From contig JBFMEZ010000002.1 in the NCBI GenBank assembly GCA_040753215.1, positions 1 to 23,378 of the forward strand: a DNA stretch of 23,378 nucleotides, written 5' to 3'. The position numbers were made by a program, and so were the translations under genes. The notes beneath the pieces are model-generated. The model saw only the letters and a program-made list of their open reading frames with translations, was not told the DNA's origin and searched no databases. This stretch comes from Candidatus Micrarchaeota archaeon. GTDB taxonomy: Archaea > Micrarchaeota > Micrarchaeia > Anstonellales > Bilamarchaeaceae. Of this stretch, positions 1 through 8,821 are shown piece by piece (position 1 is the stretch's first letter; every line of letters starts with the position of its first letter).

Positions 1-143
1 AACGAACCTTCCCGGCTTTTTCTGCACCTGCACGGCATGCTTTTTCGAAATTTGGTTGTTTTTTGAAGTCTTGTCCACGAGCAGGCCGCAGAACGATCAA
101 TTTTTATTCACTTGCGGATTTACTGGGCTTTGGCGCCTTATCC

Positions 144-662
144 TTATCTGGACTTCAGCTCCGGCGTTTGCCAGTACAGGAAGAAGTACTCCCCCTTGGC
201 TCTGAGCGCCGTGACGAACCTGCATTCGGTGTATTTCTCAACCGAGCCCATGTTTTCCAGGGCAGGGTAAAGGCGCCACGCATGCCCGTCATCGGTCCTT
301 ATGAACATATAGCGCGCGGGCCCGTTGCCCTCTTTCCTCGCGTGCGCGATTCTTATCCCGTTTAAAAATCTCTCCAGGCTAAAACCGCCGTCCCTTGCTT
401 CTGCCAGCTCCGCAGACCTGAGAAAAGGAATTACTTCCTCCATTTCCATCTCGAGGAGCCCCTTCTTTCCGTTCCGCCCTTCTATCGTAACCTTTGCTCC
501 GGACTCCAGAAGGACCGGGGTTTCATCCAGGCTCGCGGTTGCGCTGCGCGGGGGGCGGAAAGGGGGAGGGGATTTTCCTGCAGGCCTTGTATCCCTCACC
601 GGCGGAGGGGGCCTTATGATGAACAGTTCCTTTGTATGGGGGTCCCGGGGCTTGTCTGCCAT
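144..662 (-). CDS. Hypothetical protein (172 aa) with Pro/Arg-rich N-terminus
   Basis: Clean ORF with AGG/GAG-rich codon style like neighbouring genes; TTTTAAA box on the minus strand (694-688) upstream of the ATG; no family motif recognised. Confidence 0.7.
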   Translation of the reverse strand: MADKPRDPHTKELFIIRPPPPVRDTRPAGKSPPPFRPPRSATASLDETPVLLESGAKVTIEGRNGKKGLLEMEMEEVIPFLRSAELAEARDGGFSLERFLNGIRIAHARKEGNGPARYMFIRTDDGHAWRLYPALENMGSVEKYTECRFVTALRAKGEYFFLYWQTPELKSR

Positions 663-702
663 GGATAAATTGTTGCAGAAAAGTGTTTTTAAAAGGCATG
701 CA

Positions 703-1932
703 CTAACACAGATACTTCTTTATGCCGAATTCACGCAGCATCCGCGCGGAATCCCTGCGGAACCCGGCGGGCGCCTTCCACTTCGGCTTAGGGTTGAAAG
801 GAATGCAGCTGCAATATCCCTCCCCGTAGGTTTTCTCCGCCGCCTCCCTGAATTTCTCCCCCTCCCCGAAAAGCCGCTCCATCTCTTTTTCGCCCATCCA
901 GTCGTCCATGAATGTATGGAACCCATCCCCATCCTGAAAACTCTCAAGCTTTTCGTACTCCCATTTTATCTTCTTCATATAATCGTTATCCGCGCCCTCG
1001 CGCAGCTCGTGCACTTCATTTTTCCTGTATCCGCTGTCCACCTCAACCACGCTCCCGATGGGCACCACCCCTGCAGCATTGCCCGTGAAGAAAAGCGCAT
1101 CCGCACCATCCAGGTCTTTTGCGGTAAATGCGCCGAACCTGAACTTCATCCCCATCCCTTCCGCAATGGAAGCAACCAGCCGTAGCGTTATCCCGGGCAG
1201 CGCACCTTCGGATGGCGGAGGGGTGACCAGCTCATCGCCCCTTATGAGCATTATGTTCTCGCCCCCGCCTTCCGTGAGCACCCCTTTTGAATTCGCAAAC
1301 ACTACTTCCGAGCATTTCTCATTATTTACCCTATTGTAGTACTCCAGCTTCTTCTCGGAATAGATTGCGAGCTGGTAATTGCTGGCAGCCTTGATTTGCG
1401 CGAAGGGAAGCTCCCTCGCCATTGGGAACAGCATCACGCATATGCCCTCCCTTCCTTTTTGCGGAAGGTATGCGCCCATCGGCACCGCCCCCAGAAGAAG
1501 CTCGTATTCCGCGCCCCTCGAGAAACCGATGAGGTTTTTGTTGATGAAGGCGAGCGGCCGCACGTAAATCCTGCGCACCTTCTTCCCCGCCTTCAGCGTT
1601 TCCGGGTTCTCTTCCTTAAGCTCTATCCTCTCATGCCACCCGTTCAGGGCCGCAATCGCGAAAACCGCCCCGCACATCTCCGCATCCGAATGCCCCATCC
1701 ACTTCTGCTCCAGAAATCTTATCCCATGCCTCATCCTCTCGAAATTCAATGCAGGGTGGAAGAGCCCCGGCCTTCCGTCCCTCTCTACTATGCTCATGCC
1801 TTCAAATACGGAATTCGCATAGTTTGCGGAAGGGGAGAGCACAGGCAGCAGCGCGAACCTCGCCAGCATATAATCCCTGAGCCCAGTGCAGCAGAAAAAG
1901 TTGTTTATAGTGCTTTCCTTCAGGTCAAGCAT
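703..1932 (-). CDS. PLP-dependent aminotransferase class IV (branched-chain amino acid aminotransferase / IlvE-like) with C-terminal extension
   Basis: Motifs YANSVFEG, IYVRP, QIKAASNY (Schiff-base Lys), EGGGENI, LPGIT, FFTGNAAGVVP; start moved to ATG 1932 (MLDLKES) because the ORF-track extension overlaps the SDR gene. Confidence 0.9.
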   Translation of the reverse strand: MLDLKESTINNFFCCTGLRDYMLARFALLPVLSPSANYANSVFEGMSIVERDGRPGLFHPALNFERMRHGIRFLEQKWMGHSDAEMCGAVFAIAALNGWHERIELKEENPETLKAGKKVRRIYVRPLAFINKNLIGFSRGAEYELLLGAVPMGAYLPQKGREGICVMLFPMARELPFAQIKAASNYQLAIYSEKKLEYYNRVNNEKCSEVVFANSKGVLTEGGGENIMLIRGDELVTPPPSEGALPGITLRLVASIAEGMGMKFRFGAFTAKDLDGADALFFTGNAAGVVPIGSVVEVDSGYRKNEVHELREGADNDYMKKIKWEYEKLESFQDGDGFHTFMDDWMGEKEMERLFGEGEKFREAAEKTYGEGYCSCIPFNPKPKWKAPAGFRRDSARMLREFGIKKYLC

Positions 1933-1953
1933 GCATGCTTGTTTGCAGCAAAG

Positions 1954-1961
1954 TTTATATT
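1954..1961. promoter_or_regulatory. TATA box centred between divergent aminotransferase and SDR starts (probably bidirectional)
   Basis: TTTATATT is equidistant from ATG 1932(-) and ATG 1983(+), inside a GCAAA...TTTGC inverted repeat. Confidence 0.6.
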
Positions 1962-1982
1962 TTTGCATCAGGATGCCTATGC

Positions 1983-2687
1983 ATGGGATTCCTGCATGGC
2001 AAAATCGCGGTGGTGACGGGCGGAGGAAGGGGCATCGGTAGGGCAATCGCCATTGAGCTCGCAAGGAATGGCGCGGACGTGGCGATTTCCGCACGCCACA
2101 GGGATGAATTGGACAACACCGCAGGCGAAATAACCTCTCTGGGAAGGAATGTGCTGGTTGTGCGGGCAGATGTGGCAAAGGATGCGGACAGGAAGAAGCT
2201 CGTCTCCTCCGCACTTGGGGAGTTCGGCCGCATCGACATTCTCATAAACAATGCCGGAGTCGCATGGCCCGACGATTTTTTCCTAAGCGAAAAGGAGATC
2301 GATGCGACCATAGATGTGAATCTCCGTGGATTGATTTATTGCACGAGGGAGGTTCTTCCCGCGATGCGCAGGCAGAAAGGAGGCGTAATAATCAACATCT
2401 CTTCCGAAGCCGGGAAGCACGGCTACCCGGACATTCCGGTTTATTGCGCAACCAAGTTCGGGGTAATCGGCTTCACCGAAGCGCTTGCTCAGGCGGTGGA
2501 GAAGGATGGAATTCTGGTTTATGCAGTATGCCCAACTTCTACGCAGACAAAAATGTGGGAGCAGATTGCGGGAAAGGAGCCTGCAGCGCACGTTCCAGAT
2601 GATGTTGCGCTCGAAATAATGGACTTATTGAAGAATGCAAAAAAGATTGCGCCGGGAAGCGCAATAGATGTGCGCAAGCACGTATGA
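1983..2687 (+). CDS. Short-chain dehydrogenase/reductase (classical SDR)
   Basis: TGGGRGIG nucleotide-binding motif, NNAG, NISS, YCATK catalytic motif; start MGFLHGK at 1983. Confidence 0.95.
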   Translation: MGFLHGKIAVVTGGGRGIGRAIAIELARNGADVAISARHRDELDNTAGEITSLGRNVLVVRADVAKDADRKKLVSSALGEFGRIDILINNAGVAWPDDFFLSEKEIDATIDVNLRGLIYCTREVLPAMRRQKGGVIINISSEAGKHGYPDIPVYCATKFGVIGFTEALAQAVEKDGILVYAVCPTSTQTKMWEQIAGKEPAAHVPDDVALEIMDLLKNAKKIAPGSAIDVRKHV

Positions 2688-2688
2688 G

Positions 2689-3630
2689 CTATTGTGCAAT
2701 CTCGAACGTTACATGGATGCTGCTGCTCATCGTAAGGTCCTGTGGGAATATCTCCGTGGGGACACCTGCCGGCTGCGGCATCCCTCCTTCCGCAGCATAT
2801 CCCCTTTCCGCATAATAGTATGGCGGATAATAATAGTTTGTCTGTATGTCTATTATCCTCCCCAGCCGCGCGCCCAGCCCGCCTGCGATGCTCTCCGCCT
2901 TTTCCCTCGCGGACTGCGCCGCCTCCCCCGCCAGTTCGTTCTCCACCCTTATCCTCGTCTCATCCCTCAGGGAGAAGTACTGGTAGTCAAAGCGCGCGCT
3001 CGCATTAGCCGCAGAAACCGCATCAATTATGTCCCCTCCCTTGTAGATATTCATTGTTTTAACCATTATCGAGTGCGTAGTCCTGTATCCGATGACCTGC
3101 TGGTCGCACCTGTAAGGCATGGGATAGGATTCCGGATATGCGACACCGGAAGAAGCCATACCCTCTGTTGCGGCTCCTGTTTCCTCCCCGCCCACCACCA
3201 TCTCTCCGCCGCCCTTTGCGCCGGCCATGGGGCACACGTCCCCATAGCATGGCGGAGGGTACCAGCACGAGTCATTATACACCGGATACGTGTAGTAGGA
3301 AGCGGTCTCTATCTCATCCTCCCTCACTCCCTGCGCAAGGAGCGCGTTCTTCACTTTCCTCGTCATCTCCGCATTCTGCGATTCGGAGCCCGAAGCGGTC
3401 TCATTTTGCGTCTCAACTGCAATCCCAATCACGAGCAAATCCGGGGAAACAGTTCTCGTTGCCTCCCCGCTCACCGAGATTCTCGGGATTTCGGTAAGGT
3501 TCGCGGTTGCATTCTGCACCGGGGGCTGTGTGCCAGAAGTGAAAACATAAGTTGCCCCGGCCACAAGAATTACAATTGCCGCAACCGAGAGCAGCACGGT
3601 CATCCTGTCAAGGACATATTGTTCCGCCAT
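2689..3630 (-). CDS. SIMPL (DUF541/YggE-like) domain protein with N-terminal membrane anchor
   Basis: N-terminal hydrophobic helix; ISVSGEATRTVSPD, IETASYYTYPVY, AAQSAREKAESIAGGLGARLGRI and C-terminal IHVTFEI match the SIMPL pattern; GGTGA RBS before ATG 3630 (alternative starts 3636/3639). Confidence 0.9.
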   Translation of the reverse strand: MAEQYVLDRMTVLLSVAAIVILVAGATYVFTSGTQPPVQNATANLTEIPRISVSGEATRTVSPDLLVIGIAVETQNETASGSESQNAEMTRKVKNALLAQGVREDEIETASYYTYPVYNDSCWYPPPCYGDVCPMAGAKGGGEMVVGGEETGAATEGMASSGVAYPESYPMPYRCDQQVIGYRTTHSIMVKTMNIYKGGDIIDAVSAANASARFDYQYFSLRDETRIRVENELAGEAAQSAREKAESIAGGLGARLGRIIDIQTNYYYPPYYYAERGYAAEGGMPQPAGVPTEIFPQDLTMSSSIHVTFEIAQ

Positions 3631-3712
3631 CTTCATCACCGCTTCCCTTATTTCTCAAATGTTTATATAGGGATTCCAAATGCTTCGGTTTTTTTCGAAC
3701 ATTGGGCAGGCA

Positions 3713-3728
3713 AAAAAAGGTTTATATA
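3713..3728 (+). promoter_or_regulatory. Archaeal BRE/TATA promoter of the transglutaminase-like lipoprotein gene
   Basis: AAAAAAGG-TTTATATA ending 21 bp before ATG 3750 (leaderless spacing). Confidence 0.6.
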
Positions 3729-3749
3729 ACCACGCAACCAATCTTATCC

Positions 3750-5225
3750 ATGCAAAAGCTTTTTGCGCTCGCGGGGCTTTTTTTGCTTGTTTTTATGGGA
3801 TGCGCCCAGCAGCCTTCGGAGGCACAGCCGCAGGCGCAGCCGGAACGGGCCCCCCTCTGCGGCGATGGCGTGTGTGATGCGGGCGAAAACGCCAGCTGCT
3901 GTTCTGATTGCGGCTGCCAGGCCGGCTTCCAGTGCAATGATGCATCAGGCCTGTGCGAGCCGGGCCCGGACTATATTTTTGAAAGGACCATGGGCGTTTT
4001 TGAAAATGCGACTTCCTACTCCGCAGTTAGTTCGCTCTCGGTATTGATGGAATACGAAGAAGACGGAATGAGGCACTTGGTAAGAAGCGACACATATTTT
4101 GAGGAAGATCTGGATTTTCCACAGCAAAAATATTATATGTATACGAGAACCGGAAATACAACAACAGAATTGTATGCCATCGGCAACTTGTCGTATGTCA
4201 AGTATCCTGATTTCGGCTGGGTAAAAGAAGAACTCGAGCCTTCATTCTGGGACACCATAAATGAGACGAACGAAGAAACATGGATGCTTGCATCGCGCAT
4301 GAGGCATGCCTTAAATGGCTCCTCATCGGTGAATGGAAGGGACTGCTGGCTGCTCTCCCTCTTTCCCACGACTCCATCCCAGAACAGGGAGATGAAAGAG
4401 ATTCTCGCCAAACCCGCCGGTGAGAGCTCCGAATACATTGAGATGATAAGCGACCTCAGGATTGATTTATGGAATTTGTGCGTAGACAAAGAGAGCTACG
4501 GGATGCTGTCTTCAAACATCAGCATGAGCGGCACCATTGAGGGAGTCTCAATATTTTTTGAATCAGGCTCCATATACAACTATGAGCCCGTTGTGGTTGT
4601 CCTCCCCTTTGCTGCCCGCGATGCCCGCGCACTGCCTTTCGAGCTGAAATATTATGATAAATACTGTGAAGGGATAGACCCCCGCAATTCTCTTGTGCGC
4701 CAGCAGGCCGCGGCCGCGGCCTCCGCCCATTCCGGCGAACTATCAGTGGAACAGATTGCAGACATTTACGAATTTGTGCACACTGAGATCGCATACGTAT
4801 CTGACCCGCGCAGGCCAGACCTTGAGAGCTATCCGTATTCCCCGGAACAGACGCTGCTCGCGGGTGCGGGGGACTGCGACGACCAGGCGGTCTTGTTCGC
4901 TTCCATGGTTGAGGCGATAGGGGGCTGGAGCCGCGTGGTTATAAACACCGCGTGCGGCCATGCGTATACCGAAGTTTACATCGGCGACAGCGAATCTGCC
5001 GCAGACGCCGCGATGCAGGCCCTGTTCGACTACTATTCCCCCGATTATATAACAGTGAGATGGAGGACCGATGAAGACGGAACAAAATGGATGATTTTTG
5101 ACCCGGCGGGGGGCGAATACGCTGGAGACCTACATCCCGATTGCTATTCGCAGACGGATGAGGACTCGTGGGAGGACGCGGGGACCGAGGCAAATCTCTT
5201 TTATGTGTATTCCTGCGTTGAATAG
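3750..5225 (+). CDS. Secreted lipoprotein: Cys-rich CGDGxC module, beta-rich middle domain (possibly LolA/LppX-like), C-terminal transglutaminase-like cysteine-protease domain
   Basis: Signal peptide ending LVFMGC; CGDGVCDAGENASCCSDCGC; YVSDP...SPEQTL...GDCDDQAVLFASMVEAIG...GHAY...FDP gives a Cys-His-Asp triad. Confidence 0.85.
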   Translation: MQKLFALAGLFLLVFMGCAQQPSEAQPQAQPERAPLCGDGVCDAGENASCCSDCGCQAGFQCNDASGLCEPGPDYIFERTMGVFENATSYSAVSSLSVLMEYEEDGMRHLVRSDTYFEEDLDFPQQKYYMYTRTGNTTTELYAIGNLSYVKYPDFGWVKEELEPSFWDTINETNEETWMLASRMRHALNGSSSVNGRDCWLLSLFPTTPSQNREMKEILAKPAGESSEYIEMISDLRIDLWNLCVDKESYGMLSSNISMSGTIEGVSIFFESGSIYNYEPVVVVLPFAARDARALPFELKYYDKYCEGIDPRNSLVRQQAAAAASAHSGELSVEQIADIYEFVHTEIAYVSDPRRPDLESYPYSPEQTLLAGAGDCDDQAVLFASMVEAIGGWSRVVINTACGHAYTEVYIGDSESAADAAMQALFDYYSPDYITVRWRTDEDGTKWMIFDPAGGEYAGDLHPDCYSQTDEDSWEDAGTEANLFYVYSCVE

Positions 5226-5266
5226 CCCAGCCTTATCTTTATAAATTTGTACTCCTTTTTAACCGC

Positions 5267-6982
5267 ATGAAGAACCTCGAAATAGCGAGGATATTCTACG
5301 AGATTGCGGATATACTTGAATTGCAGGATGTGCAGTTCAAGCCCCGCGCGTACAGGCGCGCAGCCCGCGCAATAGAGGAGCTTTCCGAGGATATAGAAGA
5401 GGTGTATAAGAAGGGCGGGCTGGAGGGGCTGCAGGAGATTCCGGGTGTCGGCGAGCGGCTCGCGAAGAAAATCGAGGAATTCATAAAGGCCGGGAGGGTG
5501 AAGGAGTACGAAAAGATGAAAAAATCCTTCCCCGTGGACCTGGAAGGGCTTGGAAGGATAGAAGGGCTCGGCCCGAAGAAAGCGATGAAACTCTATAAGG
5601 CGCTTGGAATCCGGAACCTGGAGGACCTGGAGAAGGCGCTGAAGGCGCACAAAATAAGGGGGCTTGAGGGTTTCGGGGAGAAAAGCGAGGAGAAGATGCT
5701 GGAAGGGCTGGGGCTCGCGAAGGCGAGCGCGGCCAGGATGCTCCTCTACCAGGCGATTCCGATTGCGCATGAGATGGAAGGAAGGCTCCGCTCGCTTCCG
5801 GAAGTGCGGAAGCTGGAGATTGTCGGCTCTTACAGGAGATGGAAGGAAACCATCGGGGACATAGACATCCTTGTGGTTTCCACCAACCCGGAGAAAGTGA
5901 TGGATTTCTTCACTTCAATGTATCCGGACTCCACGATAATCGCAAAAGGCCCTTCCAAATCCGCTATAAGGCTCTCCTCCGGGCTGCACGTGGATATCCG
6001 CGTCTTTGAAGAATCTTCCTTCGGCTCCGCGATGATGTATTTCACCGGCTCAAAAGACCACAATATAGAGGTGCGCAAGATCGCGCAGTCAAGGGGATGG
6101 AAGCTGAACGAGTACGGGCTCTTCTCGGGCAAAAAGAGGCTTGCGGGAAAAACTGAAGAGGAGGTGTACAAAAAGCTGGGGATGGAATGGGTTCCCCCCG
6201 AGCTGAGGGAAAACATGGGGGAGGTGGACGCCGCGCTCGGCAAAAAGCTCCCTTCCCTTGTCGGGCCCGGGGATGTGCGCGGCGACCTGCACACCCACAC
6301 GAACTGGAGCGAGGGGAGGAATTCACTCGATGAGATGGCGGGGATGGCGAAATCCCTCGGCTACGAATACCTGCTCATATCCGACCACGGCGGCTCCATC
6401 CTCAAAATCGCAAGGAGCATGGACGCAAAAAAGCTCACGAGGCAGATGCAGGAGATAGACAGGCTGAATAAGAAGCTGGATGGGATTACGCTCCTGAAGG
6501 GGGTGGAAACCAACATAATGGAGGACGGCTCCATAGACCTTCCGGATTCCATCCTGAGGGAGCTGGACATGGTGGTCGCCTCCGTGCATTCCCGCTTCAG
6601 CGACCCGGAGGAGAAAATGACCGGGCGCGTCATTTCCGCGATGGAGAACGAGCACGTGGACATTATAGGCCACCCAACGGGCCGCGTAATCGGCTCGCGG
6701 CCGCCCTTTGCCCTTGATTTTGAGGAGGTTGTGGATGCGGCGAAGCGCACGGGCGCCTTCCTGGAGATAAATTCATACCCCGAGCGCCTGGACCTTGATT
6801 ACCTGCACATATTCTCAGCGAGGGGGAGGGTGCGCTTCACGCTCGGTACGGATTCCCACGAGAAGAGCCAGATGAGGTTCATGGGGCTGGGCGTTGCGCA
6901 GGCGAGGAGGGGCTGGTGCGAAAAGAAAGACATGCTTAATACGCTTTCCCTAAAAGATTTAAGGAAGGTTTTCGGCTTCTGA
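5267..6982 (+). CDS. polX: DNA polymerase X / PHP 3'-5' exonuclease
   Basis: HhH motifs (IPGVGERLA, IEGLGPKKA), GSYRRWKETIGDIDILV with DxD, third Asp in HVDIR, YFTGSKDHN, PPELRE, and PHP motifs DLHTHT, SDH, SVH, GHPTG, GTDSH; TTTATAAA at 5238-5245. Confidence 0.97.
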   Translation: MKNLEIARIFYEIADILELQDVQFKPRAYRRAARAIEELSEDIEEVYKKGGLEGLQEIPGVGERLAKKIEEFIKAGRVKEYEKMKKSFPVDLEGLGRIEGLGPKKAMKLYKALGIRNLEDLEKALKAHKIRGLEGFGEKSEEKMLEGLGLAKASAARMLLYQAIPIAHEMEGRLRSLPEVRKLEIVGSYRRWKETIGDIDILVVSTNPEKVMDFFTSMYPDSTIIAKGPSKSAIRLSSGLHVDIRVFEESSFGSAMMYFTGSKDHNIEVRKIAQSRGWKLNEYGLFSGKKRLAGKTEEEVYKKLGMEWVPPELRENMGEVDAALGKKLPSLVGPGDVRGDLHTHTNWSEGRNSLDEMAGMAKSLGYEYLLISDHGGSILKIARSMDAKKLTRQMQEIDRLNKKLDGITLLKGVETNIMEDGSIDLPDSILRELDMVVASVHSRFSDPEEKMTGRVISAMENEHVDIIGHPTGRVIGSRPPFALDFEEVVDAAKRTGAFLEINSYPERLDLDYLHIFSARGRVRFTLGTDSHEKSQMRFMGLGVAQARRGWCEKKDMLNTLSLKDLRKVFGF

Positions 6983-6984
6983 GC

Positions 6985-8118
6985 TTATCTCCCTACAACC
7001 TCATCTATTTTTTCTCCAAGTCCCGAAGCTTCATCCCCGTACAATTTGTAGCTCTTCCACTCCCCATCCATGAACTGGTAAAGGTCGTCGTCAGCAATCA
7101 CGAATATGATGCTCCCTATCTCCGTCCCGCAGCCCGCCTCGCCGTCCCCGCATATGCGCAGCGCCTCTCCTATCCTGCCCAGATACTCCCCGTTCTGCGG
7201 CTCGAACGTTTCCACGCCATAAAGGTTGCCAAGCTCCGCGGCAGTATCCACCTTCTTCTCCGAAAGCGCGACCGTGCAGTGCCCGTCGAATCCGCTTCCC
7301 GTGAAGGCCGTCGTGTAGCATATCACGTAGGGGTTCAGCTCCTGGAGCGTGCCCAAGGGATGGGGGCTGCCCTCCACGTACCAGCCCATATCCCCTTCCG
7401 TATATACTATATACCTGCCATCGCCCGCATCCCATGCCTCAAGCTGCAGGTCCGCGCCCGCGTTCCTGAACCTGTTGAGCATCGCTTTGAGGTAAAGCGC
7501 ATAGTCCTCGCAGTCCCCGCCGTTGTTGTGCACCATCTCCACGAGCGAATAGAGCTTGTCCGGGAATTCGCTTTTGTACACGAACCCGAGCTCCTTCTCC
7601 ATCAGGAATGGCACGCATGCGAGCCGCAGCCGGCCCCTCTCCACACATCCCGAATCCACATCGTAGAAAAAGCTGTTCATGGTGCGCGGAAGCTCCGAGT
7701 TGTCCCTGAACCACTGGATCGAGGAATTGATGGACTCTTCTATATTCTGTATTTCCATGCGGAGCTGCAGGAACTCCTCCATCGTTTCATTGAGCAGGTT
7801 TGCGGTTTCGCGCAGCTCCTCCCGCGTCCCCTCGAGCTCTTCTGCAGTCTCGTTCAAATCCATCCTCGTGAGCCGCAGCTCCAGGCTCGTGTTGTCCAGC
7901 TCCTCCTGCGCGAGCCCCAGCTCGGCCTCCGTGCGTATGAGCGTACCGTTCAGGCGCGCAATCTCCGCATTCGCCGCATCCAGCTGCACGTTCCGCTCAT
8001 CCAGGTTCGCCCTTGTTGCCGCCAGCCCGCTGCCAAGGAACGCATTCTGCACAAGCAGGAATATGGTAGAAAGGAAGAGGAATGCGGATATCACTCCCAG
8101 GATGCGCTCCGTGCCCAT
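6985..8118 (-). CDS. Membrane-anchored coiled-coil protein with C-terminal transglutaminase-like/papain-fold domain
   Basis: N-terminal TM helix, ~110-aa heptad-rich stalk, then GGDCEDYAL, GHC and EPQ motifs; GAGGTG RBS before ATG 8118. Confidence 0.8.
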   Translation of the reverse strand: MGTERILGVISAFLFLSTIFLLVQNAFLGSGLAATRANLDERNVQLDAANAEIARLNGTLIRTEAELGLAQEELDNTSLELRLTRMDLNETAEELEGTREELRETANLLNETMEEFLQLRMEIQNIEESINSSIQWFRDNSELPRTMNSFFYDVDSGCVERGRLRLACVPFLMEKELGFVYKSEFPDKLYSLVEMVHNNGGDCEDYALYLKAMLNRFRNAGADLQLEAWDAGDGRYIVYTEGDMGWYVEGSPHPLGTLQELNPYVICYTTAFTGSGFDGHCTVALSEKKVDTAAELGNLYGVETFEPQNGEYLGRIGEALRICGDGEAGCGTEIGSIIFVIADDDLYQFMDGEWKSYKLYGDEASGLGEKIDEVVGR

Positions 8119-8217
8119 CTGTGCACCTCTTTGGGTAAAGAGAGCAAAATATAAAAAATAAGATGGAAATAGCATTCGGAGGAAAGCCTTTTAAACAGTT
8201 ATAATAAGTATATTATT

Positions 8218-8781
8218 ATGGTGAAGATGTCCGAATGGCAGCCCCAGCTTGCGTACAGAGTCCCTTCAATAGCGGTTTATGAGCCCCCTCTCGCAAGAGA
8301 TGCCAAAAGGAAAAGGGGATGCATTCCCACCAGGTTTCATGAGCCCATGGTCTCTGCGCCCGTAATACGCCCCAACATCTTTGAGGTGGTTGCCAGAACT
8401 GATTGCGGCAGCGGCGCCAGGAAGATTGAATTGAGGCGCGTTCCGGGCAGGGAGGCCCAGGTGGAGATTGGCAGGAAGCTCAGGGTAATCTTCATGGGCA
8501 GGTGGGGGCCGGTCTGGGATTCCATACGCGACAGGCCAAGGCTCGTGGAAATCGAGTCCACAAAGGCGCGCGCAATCCTGGGGTCCCGCCATACCGGCGC
8601 AAAGGTGTTTGCCCTTTCCGAAGATGGGGGAAAGCTGCAGCTGGGCGAAATCGGCATCGGCCGCACCGAGGCCAAAAAGCTGCAGGAGTTGTTCTCCGGC
8701 CCGGGCATCAGGTTCTTCTTTGCACAGTATAGCGGTGGAATCCTTATGAGGGATAAAGAAGACGTTGCATCCATCCAGTAG
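8218..8781 (+). CDS. Hypothetical protein (187 aa)
   Basis: Fills the gap between genes, TTTTAAA at 8189-8195 upstream, host-like codon use; no motif recognised. Confidence 0.65.
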   Translation: MVKMSEWQPQLAYRVPSIAVYEPPLARDAKRKRGCIPTRFHEPMVSAPVIRPNIFEVVARTDCGSGARKIELRRVPGREAQVEIGRKLRVIFMGRWGPVWDSIRDRPRLVEIESTKARAILGSRHTGAKVFALSEDGGKLQLGEIGIGRTEAKKLQELFSGPGIRFFFAQYSGGILMRDKEDVASIQ

Positions 8782-8821
8782 CAGATTAAAACCCTTTTTG
8801 CTTAATACACCCGGTGCTGGA

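Noticed and set aside
1..143. Possible start of a minus-strand gene at the left edge (ATG at 38)
   Set aside because: Too little sequence in the window to support it
1933..2214. N-terminal extension of the aminotransferase in the ORF track (likewise 3552-3749, 10882-10986, 14576-14629, 16468-16503)
   Set aside because: The extensions overlap neighbouring genes or promoters; TATA/RBS positions support the downstream ATGs
7760..7990. Periodic DNA similarity in the coiled-coil region
   Set aside because: Explained by heptad amino-acid periodicity, not a distinct DNA repeat
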